Shown here piece by piece: positions 30,887-43,046 of a DNA stretch of 64,000 nucleotides (positions are counted from its first letter, which is position 1; the number at the start of each line of letters is the position of its first letter). The stretch covers positions 1 to 64,000 of the forward strand of contig CAWDGJ010000002.1 of NCBI GenBank assembly GCA_963801815.1, written 5' to 3'. Origin of the DNA: an uncultured Verrucomicrobiae bacterium. Lineage in GTDB: Bacteria; Verrucomicrobiota; Verrucomicrobiia; Chthoniobacterales; UBA10450. Position numbers and translations under genes: made by a program. Under the pieces are notes generated by a model. The model saw only the letters and a program-made list of their open reading frames with translations. It was not told the origin of the DNA and searched no databases.

Positions 30887-32800
30887 ATGCCCATAATGAA
30901 CACTTTCACTCCTGAACGCCCCACAACAGTAGCTGCTCCACCGGTCAATCGATCGCAGCAAAATACTGAGCGTCTAAATAGGAAAGGCAGCCGCTTTTTG
31001 ACCAGCGCTTCACTAATCGCGATCACTGTTGGTTTAGGATTCGGATTCTGGAGCGTTTCGCGTCAGCTGGCTCCGGAAATTATCACTCCGTCCTCGTCCG
31101 TAGAAGAAACAAATTCAGCGTTAACTCCGCAAAAAAGCGTTGCCGTGCTGCCGTTTGAAAACCTCAGCGAAGACAATCAAAACGGGTTTCTAGCGGACGG
31201 CGTGCAGGACGACATCCTTAGCGCTCTATCCAAAATTGCAGATTTAAAAGTAATCAGCGGAACCTCCGTCAGCAATTATGCTCCGGGCGCTGCACGCAAT
31301 CTTCCGAAGATTGCCCAAGAGTTAGGTGTGGGCTATGTCGTCGAGGGAACCGTCCGCGAATCTGGCACTCGGGTGCACATCACTGCTCATCTAACTGATG
31401 CCCGAACGAACAGTCAACTCTGGTCGGAAACCTACGAGCGCGAATTGGGCGAAGTATTCGCAATTCAAACCGACATCGTAAGACGAATTGTCTCGAAACT
31501 TGGCGCGGCAGTAACGCCGAGCGAGGAAGCCACTATTGGCGAACGACCCACCCGGGACCTCGCTGCCTATGGTCTTTATGTTCGCGCGAAGAGCCTCATT
31601 GTCCGGGTAGCTCTTAACGGTCAAATCGAGGAGAGATTGCAGGAGGCAGTCAAATTGCTTGAGCAAGCTACAGCGCGTGATCCCGACTTCTATCTCGCCT
31701 ATTGCCAATTATCCGCCGCTCACAATTACATGTACTTTTTTGGTCTTGATCACACACCGGGGCGCCTGGCTGCGGCCGACGTCGCTTTGCGCGATGTAGT
31801 CCGTCTGCGTCCGGATGCCGGGGAGACTCACCTCGCGCGCGCTGATTTTTCTTACCGTTGCTATCTCGACTATACTCGTGCGCGCGCCGAGCTCGCCCAG
31901 GCACAACGCAGTTTGCCGAACAACTCGCAAATCTTTGAGTTGGCCGGGTACATCGATCGGCGGCAGGGACTGTGGAATGAATCGGCGAGAAACCTGGAGC
32001 GAGCCATCGAACTCGACCCGCGTAATTTTTTCATGCTCCAACAGATCGCACTCAGCTATCAGGAATTTCGGCAGTTCAGCGCAATGGCTGAAGCACTGGA
32101 TCGTGCCCTCGCCCTGACCCCGCGCGACGTCGATACTCGTGTTACCCGCGCGTTGGTCGATCTTGAATGGAAAGCCGACCCGAAGCCGTTGCGGGACACC
32201 ATCGCGCAAATTTTATCCGAACATCCGCAAAGTGCTCCAGATGTGGCAGCTCAATGGTTTTACGCCGCGTTATGCCAACGAGACCATGCCGCGATCTCAC
32301 AAGCGCTGGAGGCCATGCCCGCTAGTGGCATATCGATCGACCTGAATTTTCCTCGCTCACTATGCAAGGCGTTGGCTGCTCGTTTGCAAGGCGATGCGGC
32401 TGCGGCTCAAAAGGCATTTTTGCAAGCGCGAGGCGAAATTGAGAAAACAGTCAAAGAACAGCCCGACTATGCTCCCGGACTTTCCGTGCTTGGACTCGTC
32501 GACGCTGCACTGGGTCGGAAGGAAGATGCTTTGCGCGAAGGTCGCCACGCCATCGAGCTGCTTCCAGTCACTAAAGACTCCATCGATGGCGCCGAATTGG
32601 TGAAATATCTCGCAGTCATTTACGCTTGGTGCGGGGAGAAGGAACTCGCAATTCAGCAGATCGCCGCAACACTCCGAATCCCCAGTACCTTGAGCTACGG
32701 CAATCTGAAGCTGCACCCTTATTGGGATCTGCTCCGCGGCGATCCGAAGTTCGAGAAGATTGTTAACGATCTCGCACCAACCAAACGCGAGAAAAACTAG
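30887..32800 (+). CDS. membrane-anchored TolB-N/FlgO-like + TPR protein
   Basis: TM, then KSVAVLPFENLS...DGVQDDILSALSKIADLKVIS, TPRs, ending LKLHPYWDLLRGDPKFEKI. Confidence 0.85.
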   Translation: MPIMNTFTPERPTTVAAPPVNRSQQNTERLNRKGSRFLTSASLIAITVGLGFGFWSVSRQLAPEIITPSSSVEETNSALTPQKSVAVLPFENLSEDNQNGFLADGVQDDILSALSKIADLKVISGTSVSNYAPGAARNLPKIAQELGVGYVVEGTVRESGTRVHITAHLTDARTNSQLWSETYERELGEVFAIQTDIVRRIVSKLGAAVTPSEEATIGERPTRDLAAYGLYVRAKSLIVRVALNGQIEERLQEAVKLLEQATARDPDFYLAYCQLSAAHNYMYFFGLDHTPGRLAAADVALRDVVRLRPDAGETHLARADFSYRCYLDYTRARAELAQAQRSLPNNSQIFELAGYIDRRQGLWNESARNLERAIELDPRNFFMLQQIALSYQEFRQFSAMAEALDRALALTPRDVDTRVTRALVDLEWKADPKPLRDTIAQILSEHPQSAPDVAAQWFYAALCQRDHAAISQALEAMPASGISIDLNFPRSLCKALAARLQGDAAAAQKAFLQARGEIEKTVKEQPDYAPGLSVLGLVDAALGRKEDALREGRHAIELLPVTKDSIDGAELVKYLAVIYAWCGEKELAIQQIAATLRIPSTLSYGNLKLHPYWDLLRGDPKFEKIVNDLAPTKREKN

Positions 32801-32833
32801 ATCCGCATCAGCGGTACTTGGATTGCTCGGCGC

Positions 32834-35800
32834 TCAGACTGGAGCAAGCTCCTTCGGCTGCGGCCCAGGTTCATCGTGAGGATGAAAATGCGCACTGCGA
32901 AGAAACGGAACTTTGTCGAGGACATGTTCCTGGAACCATTCGAGCCATAGATAAATCACCGGAGTCACGAACAGCGTGACCATTTGTGAGAAAATGAGAC
33001 CGCCGACGATCACCAAACCGAGGGGGCGACGTGAGGCCGCATCCTGACCAAAGCCGAGTGCGAGCGGAATCGCACCCATTAAGGCAGAGAGAGTTGTCAT
33101 CATGATTGGGCGAAAACGTTCCACGCTCGCTTCGTGAATGGCGGAGCGCAGGTCCCAACCTTCGTCGATTCGTTGCAACGCGAAATCGACGACCATGATT
33201 CCGTTCTTCTTCACGATGCCGAGCAACAAGAAAAGTCCGATCACGCTGTAGAGCGACAAGGTCGATCCAAAAATCCAAAGGGTGAATAAGCCGCCGACCA
33301 CCGCCGGCACGATCGCCGGAAACAAAACCGTGATCGGATGGACATAGCTTTCGTAAAGAATTCCCAGAATCACATACATCACGAAGATCGCGCCGATCAA
33401 AAGCAACGGCAGCGCCTGAAACAATTGCCGAAACACGAGAGCTTCACCCTGGAACGTCGATTGCACGCTCGGCAATTCCTGATGCACTTGCGCGAACGAA
33501 TCTTCAATGAACTTCGTTGCATCGCCGATAGCCTCATCCGGGAGCAAATTGAAATTAATCGTGACACTGGTGAACTGATCGAAATGATTGACCGCCTGTG
33601 GTCCCAGCACCTGACTAGTCGACGTTACCGCGCGCAGCGGAACGAGATCGGCCGCTGTTCCGGTTGTAATTGCGATTCCTGGACTACCGCCTAGCTGGCC
33701 AATCGCATTTCCGCTGTTGCTGCGGACATAGAGATTGTTGAGATCACCGGGGGTTGAGCGCTCATCGTCCTGCACTTCGAGAATCACCTGATATTGATCG
33801 TCAGGTTGCTTTATCAAATAGACATAGTTCTGGGAGTAAGCGGTTTTTAATAGACTTTGAATAGCGGAGGTTGAAACGCCGTAGGTCGCTGCGCGCTCGC
33901 GGTCGATGTTGACGGTGAGGTTCGGTGTGCTGTTGTAATAATCGGACCGCACGGATGCAAACCCCTTGAAAGTGCGCAGCTTCGCCATCATTTCATCGGC
34001 AGCCTTGTAAACGTCCTCCGGAACGATTCCGCTGATAGTGTATGCGTACTGCCCCTGCGTTTGGTTGGTCGCGCCGACATTTATTTGCAAAACCGGACTC
34101 GGAGAGATAACCGCGGTCAGTCCGGGAATGGTGCTGATCGATTTTTGCAGTCGCAGCAGACACTGCTCGATCGGATCGCGCTCCTCGCGCGGTTTGAAAA
34201 CGCAAAAAATAATTCCCTGCGATAATGCGGTCCGCGATCCGGTTCCAGTGTTCGTGAAAAATTGCGCAATGCTCGGGTCCGCCTGGAGTTTCGCGTTTAC
34301 CTGTTTCTGAAACGCGCGCATCTGATCGGGCGAGGCACCTTCCTGGGTAATGAAAACACCGCGAGCAAAGCCGCTGTCTCCGACCGGTAGCAGGGTAAAA
34401 GGCAGGTGAGTGAAGAAAAAGACAAGGCCAACGATACAGGCGAGCAAAATCGGAACTGTCAGCCACGCCCGGTCCAGGAATTTATCCAAGGCCCGGCTGT
34501 ATGCGGCTATCACGCGCTGGATGAAATCGCCGGTCCATTTTTCCATTCGGGCCTTTTTGTGACCGGCTCTGCGCTCACCCAGAATGCGCGCGCACATCAA
34601 CGGCGTCAGGGTCAGGGAAATCAGACCGGACGCGAGAATCGCGACGATGATGGTAATCGAAAATTCCTGAAAAATCCGGCCGAGCAATCCCGGGAGCAAA
34701 ACCAGCGGAATAAACACCGCCGCCAGCGAAAGTGTCATTGATAGAATGGTGAAGGAAATTTCGCCTGCGGTGTTGTAGGCCGCTTTTAAAATGGATTCGC
34801 CGTGCTCGGCGCGGCGAATCACGTTTTCTAAAAAGACGATCGCGTCGTCGACCAAAAATCCGATGGCCAGGGTGAGCGCCATCAAAGTCAGGTTATTGAT
34901 GGAGAAGCCGAGCATGTACATCACGACAAAGGTGAGCAGCAACGAAAGCGGCAGGGCGACGGCCGGAATCAGGGTGTCGGTGGCGCGGCCGAGAAAAATA
35001 TAAATGACCATCACCACCAGTACGAACGCGATCATCAGGGTCAGCCGCACGTCGTGCACCGAATTCACGATGGTTTGCGAACGATCGAACACCGGGAGGA
35101 AGGAAATCGATCCCGGCAAACTCGCGCGCAGCTCGGGGAAAAGTGCTTTCACTGAATTCGCAACTTCGACAGCATTCGCGCCCGCCTGCCGCGAAACCGC
35201 GAGGACAACGGTGGTTCCGGGCGGCCGCGCGAATCCGCGCACCCAGAAGAAGCGGGAAGTGCGCTCGTCCTGCACACCTTGTTTTACTTCGGCAATGTCA
35301 CGCAAATAGACCGGCGAACGATCGTTGTTCCGAGCGACGATCAAATTGCGATAACCTTCCGCCTGGTCGATCTGCCCGTTCGGCTGAAGGACAAACGTGC
35401 GATGTGGGCCGTCGAATTGGCCTGCGCCGGAGTAAACCGTTCCCGCTTTGATCGCGTTTGCCAGATCGTCCATGGTTAATCCGCGTGAAGCCAGGGCCGC
35501 CGGGTCGGCTTTGATTCGGATCGCGCCTTGAACGCCATAGATATTCACTTGCGAAACGCCGGGGAGGATCGACATGCGCTGGGCCACAACAGTGGATGCG
35601 TACTTATATAGATCGCCGTCGGTCAGCGTGTCCGACATGAATCCGACCAGATAAACTGCCTGATCGTTCGGGTTCGTTTTGCTGAATGTCGGCGGACTCG
35701 GCAGATCAATCGGCAATTTGCCGGTCGCGCGTTGAATGGCAGCCTGCACGTCGGTCGCCGCGTCGGTGATGCTTTTGCTCAGCACAAATTGCAGTGTCAG

Positions 35801-36199
35801 CGAGGTGTTACTCTGCGTGCTTGAGCTGGTGATGATGTCGAGCCCGGGAATTTGGAGAAATTGTTTTTCGAGCGGCGTGGCAATGTTGTTCGCCATCGTG
35901 ACCGGATCCGCGCCCGGATACGCGCAACTGACTTGAATGATCGGGTAGTCAACCGCCGGAAGATCGTTAACGGCGAGTTTGTTGTAGGTCGCAATCCCGG
36001 CAACGATTACCGACAGCGTTAACAGCACTGTCATCACCGGCCGCCGAATGAACGGACCGGAAAGTCCGGTGCCTTTGACCGGAACTAATTTTGGCGATTG
36101 CGGCGTGCCGCCGTGCGCGATGTCGAGCTTAGACGATCCTGATCTTGGGCTTCGCGTTCGCCGTTACCCGAACCGTCGCTGTTCGTCCGAGTGATTCAT
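32834..36199 (-). CDS. RND efflux permease (AcrB/MdtBC-like); N-terminal extension frameshifted
   Basis: LSGPFIRRPVM, LPAVDYPII, GFLVDDAIVFLEN, GIVKKNGIMVVDFA, RFRPIMMTT. Confidence 0.93.
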
Positions 36200-36205
36200 G
36201 GAAAA

Positions 36206-37387
36206 TTACATCGCGCTCTTGTCAGAAGAAGCGTTCGGATCGGCTGATGCGTTTGGTGCGTACGGCTTGGGATCGACTTTTGTTCCAGGCGCGAGCGCGA
36301 GCTGTCCGGTTACAATAACCGTTTCATCTGGCTCAACACCGCTTTCGATAACGGTGAGATCGCCGTCTTGACGTTGTCCCGGTTTCACAGGACGAAGGTC
36401 GACAGTGTTGTCCGGCTTCAGGACAAAAACGAATGGTCCGCGTTGACTAATCTGCACCGCTTGCGACGGCACCAGGCGCGCATTCTTGATCGTGTCGAGA
36501 ATGAAACGGACACGGACAAACTCCGACGGCCACAACGCGCGATCAGGATTTGGGGTAACGGCGCGCGCTTTGACCGTGCCGGAGCCGGGTTGAACAGCGT
36601 TATCGATGAAATAGAGATCACCAGTGCGCGATGCGATCTTGGCGTCAGGCGACCACGTTTGAACCTTAACGTTCGGGCCGCCGAGATACTTTCTCACTAA
36701 GGCCAAGTCCGTTTCCGAGACGGTGAAGTCAGTGTAAATCGGATCGAGTCCTTGAATCGTGACCAGCGAAGCGCTGGATGGGCCAACCAGATTTCCAATA
36801 TCTACGTTGCGTAAGCCAATTCGTCCGTTGATCGGCGATTTGATGTAGCAATAATCGAAATTCACCTGCGCAGCCTCAGCCGCTGCTTGAGATTTCTGGG
36901 CGTTGGCCACCGCGGTCGTAATCCTGGGGAGCGTTCACCCCCTTGGCGCGGAGATCTGCCTGCCGTCTCAATGTTACTTGGTCTAACGCGGCTTGCGCTT
37001 TCGCCTGGTCGAGAGCGGCTTGATAGGGCGCAGGGTCGATGGTGAACAGCAAATCGCCTTTTTTCACTTCAGCACCATCTTGAAAATGACGCGGCATGAT
37101 TTTGCCGCTGATTTGCGCCTGGACTTGGACTGTTTCGTACGCGGCGCACGTTCCGATTTCGTCGAGATAAAGCGGAACGTCTTTACTGATTACCTTCGCG
37201 ACCAACACCGGGCGTAATGGCGGTTGGGTAGATTTCGCCGTCGCAACGCCGCGTTGAAGTGTCCGCGCGACTGCAAACGCGGCGAGGACAACGAAAAGAA
37301 AGATGCCCCAGCGCGGAATGCGTGACTTCTTCTCGACGAACAGTCTTCAGTCGGTTCGTCTCTCCTGAACTTGAGTTGCGGCACCAT
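36206..37387 (-). CDS. RND membrane fusion protein (frameshifted; start approximate)
   Basis: VQVQAQISGKI...VKKGDLLFTIDP, IKSPINGRIG, FIDNAVQPGSGTVKARA, LVPSQAVQ. Confidence 0.88.
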
Positions 37388-37413
37388 TCCCAGATCCTAA
37401 TCGAATTCCCATA

Positions 37414-37903
37414 CTAGTTGTGCCCGTTCTTCGCGCGAATTCGAGCTACGGCGTGTTTTCCGTTTCCATTCCCCTTCTCCGCCTTTTGTCGGATGGAGTT
37501 CAGAACGCGCATACACGTTTGCAATTCCGACCAAGGAATATCGTCGAGCAGCTCATGACGAAGTTTGAACGCCGTAGTCCTGATCTGTTCAATGACCCGT
37601 TGAGCGCGCGGCGCCAGATGAACCGTTTTGCAACGGCGATCGTGCGCCGCGTTCTTGCGAGCGACCCAGCGATCACTTTCCAGCCGATGCAACAAAGTAA
37701 CAAGCGTCGGCTCTTCAATTCCAAGATGCGAGGCGATCTCGGCCTGAGTCAGCGGACCGGGTGCCACCGATAAATGCATCAAGCGTACGCCACTTCGCCT
37801 GACTCAAGCCCATTGGCTTGAGCCGCTCGTCCAATTTCAGTCGCCAAGCCCGGGCGGTACCATGCAGGAGCGGACCAAAAAGATCGACGTCGTTAACCTT
37901 CAC
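37414..37903 (-). CDS. MarR/SlyA family regulator (frameshift near 37780)
   Basis: ARAWRLKLDERLKPMGLSQAKW...TQAEIASHLGIEEPTLVTLLHRLE...DRRCKTVHL. Confidence 0.9.
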
Positions 37904-37963
37904 GGGTAAAATCGTTAGCTTGCTAACTAATTCCAGAACCGAAGCAGTGTCAATGCCACCGGG

Positions 37964-39427
37964 TTACTCGATTTTGAGCAGTAAAATCGACTCCTTCCGG
38001 TAGTCAGTCGAGCGCATGATCCGCCGTGGCACGCGCGGCGCCCATCGATTGCTTTCCAAAACCTCCTGTTCGCGTTCTGGCCGAACCAACAGATAAGTCG
38101 CGCTGGTGGGAATTTCGTCGATGTCGCCCGCGTAGACGAGTTTCGAGTGCATGTAGAAGAAGATCGGCTGATAGTTGGGATCCAGCGCGTAAACGGTTTC
38201 GTTGATCGGAATGTTTGATTCAACCTGGGCGGCAAGACGCTTGATTCTTTGCCGGCGATCCATTTTCGGGACGACTGCGATCGCATAAATCCACATCGCA
38301 ACGCACGCGAGCACCACGATGCCGGCAATCGTCTTTTCGCGTGCCTTGAACGAAAACGATTTTCCACCCAACCACCGTGGCCAGCGAAGATTTTCCTGCG
38401 TCAGTGTCATGGCCAGAAGCCAGATTGCTGGAATGATCGCCGGCATGCCGTATCGCGGAATTGAGCCCGGCACAAGATCGACAATCACAAACGGAACGAT
38501 CGCGCCCCAAGCCAATGCGCAGGCAAGTTGTCGATCTTTCTCCGCGAAATCCGCGAATCGAACCAACGGGAGAAAAATTACCCACGGCAACAGATAGAGA
38601 ACCCCATGTGGCATGTTGAAAATCCAGCGGCCAAACTCAAAATCCGTTCCGAGAAGACGCCCGGTAAACTGCTGAGACCATTTCGTCGTTGCGGTGGCTT
38701 GATTCGTCGCCTGCATGAATGGAATCGCCCACGCGGCAAAGATCCCGAGCATTAAGACAATTCCGACAAAATGCGCGGGATGAAACAGGGCGCGCCATTT
38801 TCGACCCTTCCAAATCACAGCGATCACAACGCCGTAAAAAAATACGAGAAGGACCGGCCCTTTCGCCAACCAACCGAGGCCGAGGAAAACAAATGGAATT
38901 GTCCAAATCAGCCACGGGGATTTTTTTTGCAACCAGAAGGTGAGCCAGAAAACGATCGCGAACGCGCAAAGCGAAACGTAAAGGGCTTCGATTTCTGCCA
39001 GCCGGCCTTTCTCAATTATGCCGGCATTAATTAACCACATCAGGGCGGCAAGGATCGATCCGCTCGGTCCAAGACTCGCGCGCGCAACAGTGACAAATGC
39101 GATCGCGACCAAAAGAACGCAGGCCACGGAAGGTATCCGCGCAGTCCATTCGTTCTGGCGGCCAAACACTTTGACCGAGGCCGCAACGAGCCAGTTAATC
39201 AGCGGCGGTTTGCGAAAGTAAGTTTCGCCGCCAACCTGCGGGACGAGGTAATTGCCAGTTTGCAACATCGTGATCCCCGGCAGGATTCGCCGACCTTCCT
39301 CGCCTTTGATCGCGAGCGAACCAAGTGACGGCAGGTAAAGCGCCGCCCAAACGAGAACGACGATCATCAAATTGCCCGGGCGTGAGGTCATTGAAGACTG
39401 GAATGTTGGACGCTCAATGCCTGCCAT
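37964..39427 (-). CDS. ArnT/GT39-like membrane glycosyltransferase
   Basis: GEEGRR, YFRKPPLINWL, NEWTARIPS, LAKGPV; multi-TM; start may be ATG 39391. Confidence 0.8.
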   Translation of the reverse strand: MAGIERPTFQSSMTSRPGNLMIVVLVWAALYLPSLGSLAIKGEEGRRILPGITMLQTGNYLVPQVGGETYFRKPPLINWLVAASVKVFGRQNEWTARIPSVACVLLVAIAFVTVARASLGPSGSILAALMWLINAGIIEKGRLAEIEALYVSLCAFAIVFWLTFWLQKKSPWLIWTIPFVFLGLGWLAKGPVLLVFFYGVVIAVIWKGRKWRALFHPAHFVGIVLMLGIFAAWAIPFMQATNQATATTKWSQQFTGRLLGTDFEFGRWIFNMPHGVLYLLPWVIFLPLVRFADFAEKDRQLACALAWGAIVPFVIVDLVPGSIPRYGMPAIIPAIWLLAMTLTQENLRWPRWLGGKSFSFKAREKTIAGIVVLACVAMWIYAIAVVPKMDRRQRIKRLAAQVESNIPINETVYALDPNYQPIFFYMHSKLVYAGDIDEIPTSATYLLVRPEREQEVLESNRWAPRVPRRIMRSTDYRKESILLLKIE

Positions 39428-39440
39428 TCAACCCCTCAGC

Positions 39441-39533
39441 TTGACGCATCCTCCCGCGAAGGTAAATTCAAGTCCTAGTCCGCGCCGGAAGGAGTGGGAA
39501 ACGATGTCCCACTCTTTTTGGTCTGCGGACTGG
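39441..39533 (+). promoter_or_regulatory. promoter plus rimP-leader-type terminator/attenuator upstream of nusA
   Basis: TTGACG-N16-TAAATT; hairpin GAGTGGGA-7 nt-TCCCACTC followed by TTTTT; outer stem 39475-39483 / 39525-39533. Confidence 0.7.
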
Positions 39534-39540
39534 ATGTTTT

Positions 39541-40815
39541 ATGAACGCGGAAATAGCAGCGATGCTCGATTACATGGAACGGGAGCGCGGAATCAAACGC
39601 GAAACCCTCCTCGAGGCACTTTCCACGGCGCTGCTCTCAGCTTCAAAGAAAAGCGTCGGCGCCGCGCGTGATCTCAGGATCGATATCGACCCGAAGACTT
39701 GCGACATCCGCGCCCTGGCAAACTTAATCGTGGTAGAGAACGTGACCAATCCGCAGGACGAGATCGCGGTGAATCGAGCGCGTAAGCTAAAGCCGGACGC
39801 AAAAATCGGCGACACAGTCGAAGTGGAAGTGACGCCGAAGAACTTCGGACGCATCGCCGCGCAAACTGCCAAGCAAGCGATGATGCAGCGCATTCGCCAG
39901 GTCGAGAAGGAGATGATTTACGAGGAGTTCAAGGATCGCGCCGGCGAAATCGTCAGCGGCACAGTGCGACGATTCGATCGATCGGATGTGATTCTCGATC
40001 TCGGCAAATTTGAAGCGGTCATGCCGCAGCGCGAGCGCGTTGTGGTTGAGGATTACAATGTTGGGGATCGACTTCGCGCCTACGTTGTCGCGGTCGAGAA
40101 TGGATTGCGCGGCCCGGAGATCATCGTTTCACGCAGTCATCCGAATTTTGTTCGACGTCTTTTTGAATTGGAGGTCAGCGAAATCGCCGACGGAACCGTG
40201 GAGATTCGCGGTATTGCGCGGGAAGCTGGTTATCGAACAAAGATCGCAGTCTGGAGTGCGAACGAAAAAGTCGATCCGGTCGGTGCGTGCGTCGGGATGC
40301 GCGGTTCACGAGTGAAAAATATTGTCCGCGAGCTCAACAACGAGAAGGTCGACATCATCCGTTGGAGCTCCGATCCGAAGGAATTCGTTTTGGAAGCTTT
40401 GAAGCCGGCGAAGGTCAAAAGCATCAAGTTCGATCCAGAAAAGAAGGCAGCCCAGATTTCGGTGGATGAAGACCAGCTTTCGCTCGCGATTGGGAAGAAA
40501 GGACAAAACGCGCGCCTAACGTCGCGATTGACCGGCTGGGAAATCAATATCGACAAAGACACATCGGCGACTACTGCAGTCGAGCAAAAGGTCGCCCAAG
40601 CGGCGCAAACCTTGGCCAAGGCACTGCCGATCACGGACGAACAAGCGGTAACATTAGTGAAATCCGGATTCACGAACCTGGAAGGCTTGCATGCCGCTGA
40701 CGTTCAAGATTTGGTAGACATCCTTGGTGTGGATGAACTGAAGGCGCAGGAAATTCACGAAGCGATCCACAAACAGGATGCAAAACAAGAAGCGGGTTCG
40801 GCTCAACCGGGTTGA
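39541..40815 (+). CDS. nusA: transcription termination/antitermination factor NusA
   Basis: FGRIAAQTAKQ, S1 domain, AREAGYRTKIAV, DPVGACVGMRGSRV, LAIGKKGQNARL. Confidence 0.97.
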   Translation: MNAEIAAMLDYMERERGIKRETLLEALSTALLSASKKSVGAARDLRIDIDPKTCDIRALANLIVVENVTNPQDEIAVNRARKLKPDAKIGDTVEVEVTPKNFGRIAAQTAKQAMMQRIRQVEKEMIYEEFKDRAGEIVSGTVRRFDRSDVILDLGKFEAVMPQRERVVVEDYNVGDRLRAYVVAVENGLRGPEIIVSRSHPNFVRRLFELEVSEIADGTVEIRGIAREAGYRTKIAVWSANEKVDPVGACVGMRGSRVKNIVRELNNEKVDIIRWSSDPKEFVLEALKPAKVKSIKFDPEKKAAQISVDEDQLSLAIGKKGQNARLTSRLTGWEINIDKDTSATTAVEQKVAQAAQTLAKALPITDEQAVTLVKSGFTNLEGLHAADVQDLVDILGVDELKAQEIHEAIHKQDAKQEAGSAQPG

Positions 40816-40835
40816 GCCATGAATAATTTTTTGAA

Positions 40836-43028
40836 ATGGCGACAAAATCGAAACCAGTGGCAAAGAAACCGGCGGCCAGGAAGCCGGTTGCTCATAAACC
40901 CGCCGCCAAGCCTGCTGTTTCGAGAAGGAAAGTAGAGCCGGCGCATAAACCGGCGCACGCGCCAGCCAAGGCAACTCCCGCTACCGCGCCCAAACCGCAG
41001 CCAAAACCAGCGCCACCGCACCGCCCAGCCGCCCCAAGCGTTTCGTTGATCGATAAGAAGCAGCCGCAGAAGAAGGCTGACGGCGAGATCAAAAAGAAAA
41101 CGACGGTGTTGCCACCGATTTCGCGGATTAGGGAATCGCTGGCTGGAACTTCCGTTCCCGCGCCACCGAAAGCTCCCGAGCCCCCTCCAACTCCGCCGAC
41201 AACAGACGGCACGGCCGTTGAAACAGCACCGGCCGCAGCTGAAGCGCCGGCGCAAAATGTAATTCACATCAAGCCGCCGATTATTGTGAAGCAACTCGCG
41301 GTCGAGCTCGGTTTGAAACCGCACCAGCTCATCGCCGAATTGATGTCGTTCAACATTTTCGCGAACATCAACCAGACAATTGAGCCTGACATCGCGTCGA
41401 AAATCGCCGAAAGCCATGGATTCGTTCTCGAAAAAGAGCGGCGCGAAAAAGGCGCAGGTGTTCATAAAGTCGAGCAGGTCGTGGTCGCGCCGCCGAAGCC
41501 GGTCATCGCGAAAAAAGAAGAATTAAAACCACGCGGGCCAATCATCACCTTCATGGGCCACGTCGATCACGGCAAGACGTCATTGATGGACGCAATCCGC
41601 AAGACCCGCGTGGCCTCAGGAGAAGCCGGCGGAATCACGCAACACATCGGTGCCTATTCGGTCGATCATAAAGGCCACAAAATTACTTTCATCGACACAC
41701 CGGGCCACGCGGCCTTCACAGCGATGCGGGCGCGGGGCGCGAACGTCACCGACATTGTTGTGCTCGTGGTCGCAGCGGATGACGGCGTGATGCCGCAAAC
41801 CATCGAAGCAATCAACCACGCCAAGGCTGCGCCCCATGTCGAAATCATGGTCGCGATCAACAAGATCGATCTACCCGGCGCGAACATCGACAAAGTGAAG
41901 AAACAGCTTCAAGAACGCGATCTCACTCCGGAAGATTGGGGCGGTAAGACGGTAGTCTGCGAAGTTTCGGCCACTCGCGGAACGGGCATCGATCATCTGC
42001 TCGAAATGATGTTGTTGCAGGCGGAGGTGATGGATTTGAAAGCGTCGCCGACTGCGACGCCGCGCGGCACAGTCATTGAAGCGCAAGTCGAACCAGGACG
42101 AGGTCCTACCGCGACGGTGATCGTCCAGATGGGCACGCTCCAGGTGGGCGAGCCATTTATCTGCGGCGATTATTCGGGAAAAGTGAAGTCGCTGGTTGAC
42201 GATCGCGGCAAGCCGATAAAAGAAGCTGGCCCCGCGACGCCGGTGAAAGTTCTTGGATTTACTGGTCTGCCGAACGCGGGCGATGAATTCCTGGTGATGG
42301 AATCGGAACGCACCGCAAAAACCTTGAGCGAGGAACGCTTGCAGTCCAAGCGCGCTGAAAAACTAACGGTGCCGCCCCGCGCCACGCTCGAGACGTTACT
42401 CGAAGCCGCGGACGGCAAGAAAGCGTTGCGGTTGGTTTTGAAATGCGATACGCAAGGATCGGTTGAAGCGATCAGCGCGGCGCTCAATCAAGTCGAGAGT
42501 AAGAAGGTCGATCTCGAAATCATTCACGCTGGCGTAGGACCAATCTCCGAATCGGACATTTTGCTGGCGAGCGCATCGAACGCGGTCGTTGTTGGATTCA
42601 ACATCAAAGTTGAAAACATGGCGGTCACAGCCGCAAAGCGCGAAGGCGTCCAGGTCAAACTTTACAGCATCATTTACGAGCTGATCGACCAGATGAAAGA
42701 CGCGATGGCCGGATTGCTCGAGCCGGAATTCCGCGAAACTGTGATCGGTCACGCGGAGGTAAAACAAGTTTTCGAGTTGAGCCGAGGCATCGTCGCCGGT
42801 TGTTTGGTGACCGACGGACGAATCGCGCGTGTCGCACGCGCCCGCGTTACGCGCAAACGGCAGCCAGTTTATGACGGAGGAGTTTCAACGCTGCGTCGCT
42901 TCCAGGACGATGTGAAAGAGGTTCGCTCCGGCTTGGAATGCGGTATCAAGCTTGGCGACTTCAGCGAATACCAAGTCGGGGACATCATTGAGTGTTACCA
43001 GCTCGAAGCAATGGCCCAAAAATTGTGA
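40836..43028 (+). CDS. infB: translation initiation factor IF-2
   Basis: [50 protein letters not shown]. Confidence 0.97.
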   Translation: MATKSKPVAKKPAARKPVAHKPAAKPAVSRRKVEPAHKPAHAPAKATPATAPKPQPKPAPPHRPAAPSVSLIDKKQPQKKADGEIKKKTTVLPPISRIRESLAGTSVPAPPKAPEPPPTPPTTDGTAVETAPAAAEAPAQNVIHIKPPIIVKQLAVELGLKPHQLIAELMSFNIFANINQTIEPDIASKIAESHGFVLEKERREKGAGVHKVEQVVVAPPKPVIAKKEELKPRGPIITFMGHVDHGKTSLMDAIRKTRVASGEAGGITQHIGAYSVDHKGHKITFIDTPGHAAFTAMRARGANVTDIVVLVVAADDGVMPQTIEAINHAKAAPHVEIMVAINKIDLPGANIDKVKKQLQERDLTPEDWGGKTVVCEVSATRGTGIDHLLEMMLLQAEVMDLKASPTATPRGTVIEAQVEPGRGPTATVIVQMGTLQVGEPFICGDYSGKVKSLVDDRGKPIKEAGPATPVKVLGFTGLPNAGDEFLVMESERTAKTLSEERLQSKRAEKLTVPPRATLETLLEAADGKKALRLVLKCDTQGSVEAISAALNQVESKKVDLEIIHAGVGPISESDILLASASNAVVVGFNIKVENMAVTAAKREGVQVKLYSIIYELIDQMKDAMAGLLEPEFRETVIGHAEVKQVFELSRGIVAGCLVTDGRIARVARARVTRKRQPVYDGGVSTLRRFQDDVKEVRSGLECGIKLGDFSEYQVGDIIECYQLEAMAQKL

Positions 43029-43046
43029 CGGGAATGAGAGGGCTTT

